Shown here: positions 46,401 through 55,171 of the stretch, in pieces | How positions within the stretch are numbered: the stretch's first letter is position 1 | Layout of the letters: every line of letters begins with the position of its first letter | From: a virus | IMG/VR virus record: IMGVR_UViG_3300020469_000010 | Direction: 5' to 3' (one strand) | Length of the DNA: 64,000 nucleotides | The notes under the pieces: model-generated | What the model was told of the DNA's origin: nothing | What the model saw: the letters and a program-made list of their open reading frames with translations, nothing else | Database searches by the model: none | Made by a program: the position numbers and the translations under genes

Positions 46401-48254
46401 GGAACTTTTGGTGATTTCTTTGACATTCAGAGTCGTCTTTCTGACAGTCAATTTACAATTAATGTTGGTATGTCAACTATTGCTCATGTATATAAGAGTG
46501 GAGGAATAGTTCAAAAGACCAGATCCTTTAGACCAGACATAGGTCAAATCAGAGATATAAGTATTCAAGCAGATCCAGATACTGGAAATAATAATACTGT
46601 TGGTAACTGTAAGAATGTTATTTCTGCTGTAAATACTGCAGTTGGAATTTGCACTGCAATCATTGAAAATGGATTCCAAGCACTTCAAGAACCAGTATAC
46701 TTAGAAGTATCAACCGCAGCATATACTGCTAATAATGGAATACTTACATTAAATACAACAACTAATCATAATCTCTCTAACGGTGATAAAATTAAATTAA
46801 GAAATAATTCTATTATCTTTACTTGCGATTCTGATGGTGGAAATACTCAAATTGGATATCCAGATAAAACCAGTCCAATTTTTGATAGGTTTATTCCAGT
46901 TACAGTTACTGGTGCTACCTCACTGACTGTTAATACAGGAGACGCTGGTACTGCATCGACACTAACTCATAGTTTTGTTTCTATTGCTGGAACACAAACA
47001 ATTAATTATGGTGGTGCTGGAATTTCTACTAGATTCCCAGGTAATAATGGTGCTGGATCTGATTTTGAAAATGATCCATCATTCTCTCCTGGAACTGACG
47101 GACCTGTTCTAAAAGGTCCATATATCAGAAACTGTACTAACTTTATCGAAAACAGCATCGGTATGAGAATCAATGGATTTGATTCTGATCCTGGTGATAA
47201 AGATGAATTGGGTGTACAGGGTTCAATGAGTGTTGACTCATATACTCAATATAATCAAGGTGGTATTGGTGTATCAATTACAAACGGTGCATATGCACAG
47301 TTGGTGTCTATCTTCACCATCTGCTGTAATGAAGCAATTGTAACCTTAAGTGGTGGTCAGTGTGACCTTACAAACTCCAACTCCTCATTCGGTGAGTTTG
47401 GTCTAGTTTCTAAAGGTGTTGGTGATGAGAACTCCCGTTCCAACTATAGACAAACTGCTGAAGTTGTCAAAGCAGGTGATCCTGGTAGAACAAATGCTCA
47501 AGGTCCATATGATGTTGGTTCCAGAAGAGTTACTTTATCTGGTGTCGGTACACAAAGACCTTATGATGGTCAGACAGTATTCTTCGATGAACTCTTCTTC
47601 TCTGTAGAAAAAGTTAAAATTACCAACGAAGGTTCTGGATATGAAGGTGCTGTACCAGGAGTTACTTTCTCCGATCCAACTGGACCTCAAGGAATTACTG
47701 CACAAGGAATTCCAATTGTTGAAGATGGTAAAGTTGTCAGTTTCTTAGTTGCCAACTCTGGAACTCAATATCAAAAAGATTCTTTCCCATCAATTACTAT
47801 TACACCACCTGAAGGTGATGGTGTACAGGCAACTGCAGAAGTTGAAAGGATGCAACCACTATTCTTTAAGGTTGCTTCTGCAACACTCCCACATAGTGGA
47901 ATCTCAACCGTCACAATGAGTCAAGGACTAAATAATTCATTGAGTGGTGGTGAAACTGCGTTCATGACTCGTCAGAGTCTGCAAATCACATCTTCTCACT
48001 CTTTTGAATATGTTGGTGCGGGTAATACTATCCTAACAGCAAGACCTTCAGTTGGAGGTATCATTATTCAGGATAATGAAGTTGTTCAGGAAGATGGTGG
48101 TCTTGTAGTTTACACAAGCACGGACCAAGCAGGTAACTTCAGAATTGGTGATGGTATTCAAATTGACCAGGCAACTGGAACGATCTCAGGTCGTGTTTAT
48201 GTCAAATCATTGTTCAACAGCGTTACACCATTTATTCTAGCACTCGGAGGTTAA
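43491..48254 (+). CDS. Tail fibre/spike-like protein (1587 aa): beta-helix scaffold with inserted helical (phycobiliprotein-like) and His/Cys beta modules
   Basis: IRLKRS...GELAIN fibre N-terminus; GDTIKVSAGIY.E and PYIRNCT...YAQLVSIF beta-helix motifs; internal repeats; late promoter. Confidence 0.75.
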   Translation: MGISTIRLKRSFSQGSQPTIEQLTDGELAINHFDGTVFVKQDTQGVGINTRVVQVGAGKSIGRTFFVIQQGDDNNLGLTQADGLASIKRASQLAQPGDTIKVSAGIYVEDNPIILRDNVSVEGFELRNCYVAPNNPDQDLFHINNACHLTDLAFIGKGADIGGGSKGVPAGGSEPGFLGGPVDSGVAVVAFVPLKGVSGDRYFDAARLIRQNADYIAGEAVGFLTSGFSGIAGSHRAQDAARLIDLNAEFIAAEAVGFITSVNYVGGAFSMSFGTATDCKDDVHDVLEVVAHDLRAGYRAGVQANKKTVGAAQSYFVGGALSHILGAGVSEATIAAMDRAAGIATFVINNKPYGFETTGAGVAVSAFDYTANTGVATVTTTVGHGLSTTDHVEFAGLAFTCATEHAGVTTTIFPDGFAPSGHIFKIDASGTFNESQFVINAGISTIQTFYTASSGTAKTVTQYSPFEQQFDTGAAAGTPLRGENVVGGVKETVTNATYDPATGLTVLTIGSHKHTVGNSIRIPLEALVFTCSQDGGVSEHKYPRATDPANGNDLQILSTTGTTITVNTGASGPSDQYAHTFVRAEKRIIVGGGLCLNVIKDIKNLVGIITSAIGAGNTGSLPGITTGVRLEQNKCRRDVTKILKAVCYDITRGGNTKVIGAAKSYFDDQGNRLSALLVDPDEFEQSVIAVEYTKDLCRRIVNNVRDGSYTIGTAFHVSDALYSPTSGIMTVTTQVGNGLTAGNTIKLSGLGFSCGAHNNEISITDFQYDRQSGFSTIFVSSDHGLSSGDEFELRNIKMNCGDSGTGPVVNVTAAAYDEALGDIVITTSAAHGAHIGKTIQVKNLEFSCAAEHAGVTTTIFPDGTGTSNFIQGYGKDVFLVTATPSTTQFKINVGISTIAHSYVSGGTAQAGITTSIYPDGVQGGGDAIFDAYVGTGGTVIFTNVGISTIEHTYDSGGQVRIGVTTSVFPDGTFGDFFDIQSRLSDSQFTINVGMSTIAHVYKSGGIVQKTRSFRPDIGQIRDISIQADPDTGNNNTVGNCKNVISAVNTAVGICTAIIENGFQALQEPVYLEVSTAAYTANNGILTLNTTTNHNLSNGDKIKLRNNSIIFTCDSDGGNTQIGYPDKTSPIFDRFIPVTVTGATSLTVNTGDAGTASTLTHSFVSIAGTQTINYGGAGISTRFPGNNGAGSDFENDPSFSPGTDGPVLKGPYIRNCTNFIENSIGMRINGFDSDPGDKDELGVQGSMSVDSYTQYNQGGIGVSITNGAYAQLVSIFTICCNEAIVTLSGGQCDLTNSNSSFGEFGLVSKGVGDENSRSNYRQTAEVVKAGDPGRTNAQGPYDVGSRRVTLSGVGTQRPYDGQTVFFDELFFSVEKVKITNEGSGYEGAVPGVTFSDPTGPQGITAQGIPIVEDGKVVSFLVANSGTQYQKDSFPSITITPPEGDGVQATAEVERMQPLFFKVASATLPHSGISTVTMSQGLNNSLSGGETAFMTRQSLQITSSHSFEYVGAGNTILTARPSVGGIIIQDNEVVQEDGGLVVYTSTDQAGNFRIGDGIQIDQATGTISGRVYVKSLFNSVTPFILALGG
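44698..46078 (+). repeat. Perfect 40-bp direct repeat (44698-44737 / 46039-46078)
   Basis: cagaacatgctggtgttactacaacaattttcccagatgg occurs twice. Confidence 0.9.
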
Positions 48255-48257
48255 ATC

Positions 48258-48596
48258 ATGGCAGCAGTCGCAGTTAATAACTTTAGAACAATCACAACTG
48301 TAGTTGGAACTGGAGCACCAGTAGAAATTTATACTGCTCCAACTGGTTATACATCGGTCTTCTTACTTCTCCAAGTAACGAATACTGATAGTGCAACAAG
48401 AACTGTAACATTTAATCATGTAAGAACTTCTACAACCACAGAACTTGTTAAGGAATTTCCCATTCCTGCAGGTGATAGTTTAGATTTACTGGCAGGAAAA
48501 TTGGTATTACAAACTGGAGATAAAGTATCAATTACTGGAAGTTCGGCGGGTGTATTAAAATTTTGTGCATCTGTTCTTGAAACATCTAACTTCTAA
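48258..48596 (+). CDS. Small structural/fibre-associated protein
   Basis: IYTAP.G...GKLVLQTGD motif; GGAGG RBS. Confidence 0.8.
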   Translation: MAAVAVNNFRTITTVVGTGAPVEIYTAPTGYTSVFLLLQVTNTDSATRTVTFNHVRTSTTTELVKEFPIPAGDSLDLLAGKLVLQTGDKVSITGSSAGVLKFCASVLETSNF

Positions 48597-48613
48597 TTTT
48601 AGGAATATAACTA

Positions 48614-50758
48614 ATGTCACGCAGAAGATACTTCTCTGGAAGAGAAACCGAACTTAAACTTGGTGTTGCTGGATATACTGGTACTGGAGTTGCTCTTGAA
48701 GTAACAGAAGGTAGAGTTGGTTTAGGAACAACCACTGCATATCATCAACTCACCATTAATGGTGATATGCAACTCCAGAATGAACTTTATGGTTTTGATG
48801 GTAAGTCAGGTAATGATGGTGAATCATTAATTTCGACCGGATCTTCTGTTTTTTGGGGCCAACCAGTTGTACAGTTTGCAGGTATTACTGTTGAAGAAGA
48901 AGGTGTAACTGTTGGTGGTCTTAGTAGTATTAAAACATTAAACTTTGTTGGTCAAAGTATTTTAGCAACTGCAGATGGTACTGGTGGTATTGCCACTATA
49001 ACTGTGGATGACTTTACACCATCTGGTGAGAATACAAATGTTCAATTTAATGATAATGGGGTATTTGGTGGGGCAGAAACATTAGTATTCAACAAACTTT
49101 TAAATAAAGTTGGAGTTGGTTCTACTGCGTTTGGAGATGAGACACTTTTTGTAACTGGTAATGTTGGTATTACTAGTGAACTCAATGTAGATAAAGTATT
49201 TGTTACAGATAAGACGCCGATTCTTCCAAATGAACTTGCCTCGAAAGAATACGTCGATCTTTTTGCAACAGCATCACTTGTAGTTCAGCAGGCTGTAGCA
49301 GTTGCGTCTACAACTAATGTAAATGCCACATATAGTAACGGATCTACAGCAGGTATTGGTAATAGTACATTAGGTGTAGGTGCCAAATTAACAGGAAATG
49401 TAAATGGTGAATTAATTCTTGATGGTTATAAAGTTTTAGATGATGATAGAATTCTAATTAAAAATCAAACTAATGAAGCACATAATGGATATTATGTGGC
49501 GATTTCCACAGGTAGTCCTTCTGCTCCATTTATTATAGAGAGAGCACAAGATTTCGACCAACCTGATGAGATTATCGAAGGTGCATTCTCCTTCGTAACG
49601 AACGGTAGTCAAAACGGTGCTAACGGTTTCGTTCTTATTAAAATTGATCCTAAATTTACTACTGATGGAACATCATTTGTTGGTTTCTCCACAATTAGAT
49701 TTACACAGTTCTCTGCTGCTGGTCAGGTAGAAGCAGGTGATGGTCTGTTTAAAGAAGGATCTGTTATCAATGTTGGTACTGCAGATACTACAAGAATCAT
49801 CGTCAATCCAGATGATATTGATCTTGCTATAGTAGTTACATCATCAACATTTAATGATACACAAAACGAGAAATTCTTTGTTAATGATATTATTACTGAT
49901 GGATATGGACGAGTAACTGGATTCACTACTGATAGGCATAAATTTGCAACCTTTAATGATGTAGGTGTTGTAAAACTTGATTTTAATGCGTTTAATACAG
50001 ATCCAGCTACAGGAATCATTACTGCTGCAAATTACTTTAATGTAAGGAATATTAATTTACCTTTCCAGAATGATTCAGATGCAGGTATTATTACTGCAAG
50101 ACTTATAAAAGGTGCATCTGTCGATACTAGTGGTGATATCTTAGCAATTAGACATGGTAATTTTAGTGGAATTGTTACTGCTTCAAATTTTGTTGGTGAT
50201 GGATCTCAATTAACAGGACTTATTTCTGGTATTGCAATTCAAAAAGATGATGCAAATGTCGTTACTGAGGGAACGATCTTAAACTTTGAAGGAACTGCAG
50301 TTGCTAGTGTTGTTTCAGAATCTAGTGGATCTAAAGCAACTGTTACTATCAATGCTACAGACATTAATGCAATTGGTTCTGCAAACCAAGTTCTATTCAA
50401 AAATGCTTCTAACCAAGTAACAACATCTTCAAACTTACAGTTCAATGGAACTAACTTAACTTGTGCCGGAACAGTTACCGCAAACTCTGACGAAAAACTG
50501 AAGAAAAATGTAGAAACTATCACTGATGCACTTGATAAAACAACAAGTCTTCGTGGTGTTGAATTTGATCACAAGAAGACAGGTGATCATTGTTTAGGTC
50601 TCATTGCACAAGAAGTTGAGAAAGTAATTCCAGATGTTGTTTACGAAGATAGTGAAGGTACTAAATCAATTGCTTATCAAAATATTGTTGCACTTCTAAT
50701 TGAAGCTGTTAAAGATCAGCAACAGCAGATTGATGAACTTAAGAAAAGACTAAACTAA
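48614..50758 (+). CDS. Tail fibre protein with C-terminal intramolecular chaperone (peptidase S74)
   Basis: SDEKLKKNV...LRGV.F...GLIAQEVE.V.P..V...LLIEAVK coiled coil. Confidence 0.88.
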   Translation: MSRRRYFSGRETELKLGVAGYTGTGVALEVTEGRVGLGTTTAYHQLTINGDMQLQNELYGFDGKSGNDGESLISTGSSVFWGQPVVQFAGITVEEEGVTVGGLSSIKTLNFVGQSILATADGTGGIATITVDDFTPSGENTNVQFNDNGVFGGAETLVFNKLLNKVGVGSTAFGDETLFVTGNVGITSELNVDKVFVTDKTPILPNELASKEYVDLFATASLVVQQAVAVASTTNVNATYSNGSTAGIGNSTLGVGAKLTGNVNGELILDGYKVLDDDRILIKNQTNEAHNGYYVAISTGSPSAPFIIERAQDFDQPDEIIEGAFSFVTNGSQNGANGFVLIKIDPKFTTDGTSFVGFSTIRFTQFSAAGQVEAGDGLFKEGSVINVGTADTTRIIVNPDDIDLAIVVTSSTFNDTQNEKFFVNDIITDGYGRVTGFTTDRHKFATFNDVGVVKLDFNAFNTDPATGIITAANYFNVRNINLPFQNDSDAGIITARLIKGASVDTSGDILAIRHGNFSGIVTASNFVGDGSQLTGLISGIAIQKDDANVVTEGTILNFEGTAVASVVSESSGSKATVTINATDINAIGSANQVLFKNASNQVTTSSNLQFNGTNLTCAGTVTANSDEKLKKNVETITDALDKTTSLRGVEFDHKKTGDHCLGLIAQEVEKVIPDVVYEDSEGTKSIAYQNIVALLIEAVKDQQQQIDELKKRLN

Positions 50759-50783
50759 ATAATTTTATTATACTGTAGATATC

Positions 50784-52391
50784 ATGGCAAAAACCTGCAG
50801 ACCAGGATACTATTATTGCTACACTGATAAAAAGTGTAAAAAAATTCCTCTTGGTTGGCATGTAGGTCGTGGTGGAGTGATTGAAAAAGATTCTGAGGAT
50901 ACTGAATCAAAAAATGGTAATGGGAATGGTGAATCTTCTCCAAGTAATGGAAATGGAGGAAATGGTAATGGAAATGGTGGTTCCAACGGAAACGGAGGAA
51001 ATGGTGGCGGGGTAAGTGAGGAAAAGAAAGATCATGAATATTCTATGGCTCGTTCTCAACTTAAAACTATCAAAAATGCTGCCTCTCGTCTTGAAAAAAA
51101 GATGGGTAAAAAGGGTGAGGGTGAACTCAAGGCATGGGTTCAATCAAAAATTACCAAATCTGCAGACTACATTGATACCGCTGCAGATTATATGACTAAT
51201 GAAGGAACCCTTCATAAATGGTTTAAAGGATCCAAGTCAAAAGATGGTAAAGGTGGTTGGGTTAATGTAGTAACAGGTGGAACTTGTGCTAGTGATAAAC
51301 CAGGTGAAGGGACTCCAAAATGCGTTTCTTCTGCAAAAAGAGCAAGTATGAGTAAAAAAGAAAGACTTTCTGCTGCCAGAAGAAAGAAAGCAGCAGATCC
51401 TGGTCAACAGTCAAAATCTGGTGCTGCTAAACCAACCTATGTTTCAACTGATAAAAAAGTAAAAGAAGATGTAGAACTTACTGATGCATATGGTGAAACA
51501 TTTGCAGTAATTCAAGACGTTATTCAGACAGAACCAATGAAATCAAATGCACCTAGTATCGACAGTTATGAAACTTATGATATTGAAGCAATGACCGAAG
51601 AAGAAAACGTGGCAGAAGGTAGTGACAAAAAAAGTAAGGGTAGTGGAAGCAAAGATGCTTGCTACCATAAAGTCAAATCTCGTTATTCTGTATGGCCATC
51701 TGCTTATGCATCTGGAGCACTAGTTAAGTGTCGTAAAGTTGGTGCTGCAAACTGGGGTAACTCTACTAAAAAAGAAGAATTTGAAGAATTTTCCGATTGG
51801 AGATCTGAACTCAACGAAAAGTGCTGGCCTGGTTATGAAAAGAAAGGTATGAAAACTATGTTTGGAAAAAGATATCCAAACTGTGTCAAGAAAACAAAAA
51901 CTAGAAAAGAAGAAGTAGAAATTGAAGAAGCAGCAAGAATTCCAGCACAAACAGGTAACATTATTTCTGTTATGATTTCTTGGAGAGGAAAAGGATATTC
52001 ATTAAAAATGTTCTTCCCACAAGCAAAAAGACCCACAAGACAAGAAGTTGAACTTGAAGTGCAAAAAGTCTATCCTGATGGTAGAGTTAGATATATGGAA
52101 ATTTCGGATTTAAAACCAGGAGAACAACTTTTACAAGTTACTGAAGGTTCTGCTTGGACAAAGAAATCTGGTAAAAATCAATCAGGAGGATTAAATGAAA
52201 AAGGCAGGAAGTCGTATGAAAGAGAGAACCCAGGAAGCGATCTTAAGAGACCTTCAAAGAAAGTTGGGAACCCTCGTAGAAAGAGTTTTTGTGCGAGGAT
52301 GAAAGGTATGAAAGCAAAACTTACTTCTGCTAAAACTGCTAGAGATCCTGATAGTAGAATTAATAAAAGTTTGAGGGCCTGGAATTGCTGA
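50784..52391 (+). CDS. Modular basic protein, probably an internal head polyprotein
   Basis: Series of short Cys/Trp/Lys-rich modules separated by Glu-ending linkers; late promoter. Confidence 0.75.
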   Translation: MAKTCRPGYYYCYTDKKCKKIPLGWHVGRGGVIEKDSEDTESKNGNGNGESSPSNGNGGNGNGNGGSNGNGGNGGGVSEEKKDHEYSMARSQLKTIKNAASRLEKKMGKKGEGELKAWVQSKITKSADYIDTAADYMTNEGTLHKWFKGSKSKDGKGGWVNVVTGGTCASDKPGEGTPKCVSSAKRASMSKKERLSAARRKKAADPGQQSKSGAAKPTYVSTDKKVKEDVELTDAYGETFAVIQDVIQTEPMKSNAPSIDSYETYDIEAMTEEENVAEGSDKKSKGSGSKDACYHKVKSRYSVWPSAYASGALVKCRKVGAANWGNSTKKEEFEEFSDWRSELNEKCWPGYEKKGMKTMFGKRYPNCVKKTKTRKEEVEIEEAARIPAQTGNIISVMISWRGKGYSLKMFFPQAKRPTRQEVELEVQKVYPDGRVRYMEISDLKPGEQLLQVTEGSAWTKKSGKNQSGGLNEKGRKSYERENPGSDLKRPSKKVGNPRRKSFCARMKGMKAKLTSAKTARDPDSRINKSLRAWNC

Positions 52392-52714
52392 TGAAAAACT
52401 TTAAACAATTCATGTCAGAGTCTGTCAATATTTCTGGCGACTTCAACGGAAACTTATACATTAACTCTCAAGACCAACAACCTCAAGAGGAAGTTGGTGA
52501 GAGTTATGTTGCCGACATAACTTGGCAAAATAGCATATATAGAATTGAGATGGTAACAAAGACTGGAATGCCATCAAAGCAGGAATTGGCTGAAAAACTT
52601 CAGAGTGAATATCCTGGTGCAATGGTACATAACATCTATCCAGTAGAAGAAAAGAACTTTAATATTAAAAATTCAAAGAGATATCATCCAGCAAAATTAG
52701 ATTGGGTTGACTGA
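52391..52714 (+). CDS. Putative internal head protein with a capsid-targeting-like N-terminus
   Basis: MKNFKQFMSE resembles the T4 IP leader MKTYQEFIAE; TGATG coupling. Confidence 0.7.
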   Translation: MKNFKQFMSESVNISGDFNGNLYINSQDQQPQEEVGESYVADITWQNSIYRIEMVTKTGMPSKQELAEKLQSEYPGAMVHNIYPVEEKNFNIKNSKRYHPAKLDWVD

Positions 52715-52716
52715 CT

Positions 52717-53469
52717 ATGCCTTTTAAAAATTATCTATGGGATGAAGCATGGGAACTAAATGTTTCCCGTGGTAAAGTTCGTGGTGCTTTTCATATCATA
52801 AAGTTTGGAGAAAATCTTGATATTGATGGTGGATTAGAAACTATCTGGGATGGTGGTGGATTATATACTTATCTAACATCTGCAGGAGTTCTTACAGCCA
52901 CTAGCACTGATACTGATGATGATGCAACAGGAACTGGTGCAAGAACTATAACCGTAGAAGGACTTGATGCAAATTACAATCAAGTATCAGAAACACTAAC
53001 TGTTGGTGGAAGTGCAGGTAGTGTTGAGTTTTTCAGAGTATTTCGTGCCTTTGTTGCAAGTTCTGGTTCTAGTGGAACAAATGAAGGAACAATTTCAATT
53101 TCTTCTGGTGCAACAACATTAGCACAAATTATTAAAGTTGGAACGGGACAGGGAACTGGATTAGGACAGACATTAATGTCAATATATTCAATTCCTGCAG
53201 GATATACTGGATATGTTTATCAATGGGATGTATCATCTGCAAAATCTGATGGTAATGTTTTCTTAGTAAAAAGAGGTCATAATGATAATGGAACATGGAA
53301 AACTCAGGATATTATTCATGCAAATCAGAATAGTATTGAAAGAAGTTATAAATTTCCTATAAAGATAGAAGAAAAAAGTGATATTGAAGTTAGAGCAATC
53401 TCAGAATTAAATAATATGAAATGTGCAGCAACTTTATGCATTTTACTAATTCAAAACCAATCTGAATAA
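52717..53469 (+). CDS. Hypothetical virion-associated beta-rich protein
   Basis: 250 aa; KFGEN.DID...ETIWDGGG.Y; GARTITVEGLD. Confidence 0.75.
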   Translation: MPFKNYLWDEAWELNVSRGKVRGAFHIIKFGENLDIDGGLETIWDGGGLYTYLTSAGVLTATSTDTDDDATGTGARTITVEGLDANYNQVSETLTVGGSAGSVEFFRVFRAFVASSGSSGTNEGTISISSGATTLAQIIKVGTGQGTGLGQTLMSIYSIPAGYTGYVYQWDVSSAKSDGNVFLVKRGHNDNGTWKTQDIIHANQNSIERSYKFPIKIEEKSDIEVRAISELNNMKCAATLCILLIQNQSE

Positions 53470-53474
53470 TTATT

Positions 53475-55118
53475 ATGAGTGACGTATATCTTGGTAATCC
53501 TAATTTAAAAAAAGCAAATACTCCTCAAGAGTTCACTAAAGAACAAATTGAGGAGTTTATTAAATGTAAAGACGATCCAGTCTACTTTGCAAAAAATTAT
53601 GTAAAAATTGTAACCCTAGATCATGGTTTACAACCTTTTGATATGTATGACTTTCAAGAAAAGTTAGTCAACAGATTTCATGAGAACAGATTTAATATTT
53701 GTAAAATGCCGCGGCAGACTGGTAAGTCTACAACGTGTGTATCGTATCTTTTGCACTATGCCGTTTTCAATGAAAGTGTTAATATAGGTATATTGGCAAA
53801 CAAAGCAGCAACTGCAAGAGAACTTCTTGATAGATTGCAAACTGCATATGAAAATTTACCTAGATGGATGCAACAGGGTATTATATCCTGGAATAAAGGT
53901 TCTTTGGAGTTAGAAAATGGCAGTAAAATATTGGCAGCTTCTACGTCTGCGAGTGCTGTTCGAGGTATGTCGTTTAACATCCTCTTTCTCGACGAGTTCG
54001 CATTCGTCCCGAATCATGTTGCTGACTCGTTCTTTGCCTCTGTTTATCCTACTATTACTTCTGGTAAAAGCACCAAAGTAATTATTGTTTCTACTCCACA
54101 CGGTATGAATCATTTCTACCGTTTATGGCATGATGCGGAAAAAGATAAAAACGAATATGTACCCACTGATGTTCACTGGTCAGAAGTTCCTGGTAGAGAT
54201 TCAAAGTGGAAAGAACAAACTATTGCAAATACTTCAGAACAACAGTTCAAGGTTGAGTTTGAATGTGAATTTTTAGGATCTGTTGATACACTTATTGCTC
54301 CTAGTAAATTAAGATCATTAATTTATGACGCACCAATAAACAAAAATGCTGGTTTAGATGTATATGATCCAGTCAAAGAAGGACATGATTACATAATAAC
54401 AGTAGATGTTGCCCGAGGAGTTGGTGAAGATTATTCTGCATTTATAGTTGCAGATATTACAGAGTTTCCTCATAGAGTTGTAGCAAAATATAGAAACAAT
54501 GAAATTAAACCAATGTTGTTTCCAAATATCATCTATGAAGTAGCAAAAAATTATAATAATGCATATGTTTTATGTGAAGTAAATGATATTGGAGATCAGG
54601 TTGCAAGCATTTTACAGTATGATTTGGAATATCAAAATTTATTAATGTGTTCTATGAGAGGTAGAGCAGGACAGATTGTAGGTCAAGGTTTCTCTGGTAA
54701 GAAAACTCAACTTGGTGTTAAGATGTCCAAAACTGTCAAAAAAGTTGGATCACTTAACTTAAAAACTTTAATTGAAGAAGATAAATTATGGTTCAATGAT
54801 TATGAAATTATATCAGAATTAACAACCTTTATCTCAAAACACAACTCATTTGAGGCAGAGGAAGGATGTAATGATGACCTTGCAATGTGTCTCGTAATTT
54901 ATGCTTGGTTAGTTGCTCAAGATTATTTTAAAGAATTAACTGATCAAGATGTACGAAAAAGATTGTATGAAGATCAGAAAAATCAACTAGAACAAGACAT
55001 GTCACCATTTGGATTTATTGTAGATGGATTGGATGAGGGAAGTACTGTTGATGCTGATGGTGATAGATGGTATGCAGACGAATATGGAGACAGATCATAC
55101 ATGTGGGACTACATGTAA
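53475..55118 (+). CDS. gp17: Terminase large subunit gp17
   Basis: YLGNPNLK; PRQTGKST Walker A; LFLDEFAF Walker B; STPHG; DDLAM. Confidence 0.97.
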   Translation: MSDVYLGNPNLKKANTPQEFTKEQIEEFIKCKDDPVYFAKNYVKIVTLDHGLQPFDMYDFQEKLVNRFHENRFNICKMPRQTGKSTTCVSYLLHYAVFNESVNIGILANKAATARELLDRLQTAYENLPRWMQQGIISWNKGSLELENGSKILAASTSASAVRGMSFNILFLDEFAFVPNHVADSFFASVYPTITSGKSTKVIIVSTPHGMNHFYRLWHDAEKDKNEYVPTDVHWSEVPGRDSKWKEQTIANTSEQQFKVEFECEFLGSVDTLIAPSKLRSLIYDAPINKNAGLDVYDPVKEGHDYIITVDVARGVGEDYSAFIVADITEFPHRVVAKYRNNEIKPMLFPNIIYEVAKNYNNAYVLCEVNDIGDQVASILQYDLEYQNLLMCSMRGRAGQIVGQGFSGKKTQLGVKMSKTVKKVGSLNLKTLIEEDKLWFNDYEIISELTTFISKHNSFEAEEGCNDDLAMCLVIYAWLVAQDYFKELTDQDVRKRLYEDQKNQLEQDMSPFGFIVDGLDEGSTVDADGDRWYADEYGDRSYMWDYM

Positions 55119-55171
55119 ATTAAATTTTTCATAAATATTTTGTAGATAAACTGAGACAAACGGAGAAAAAC

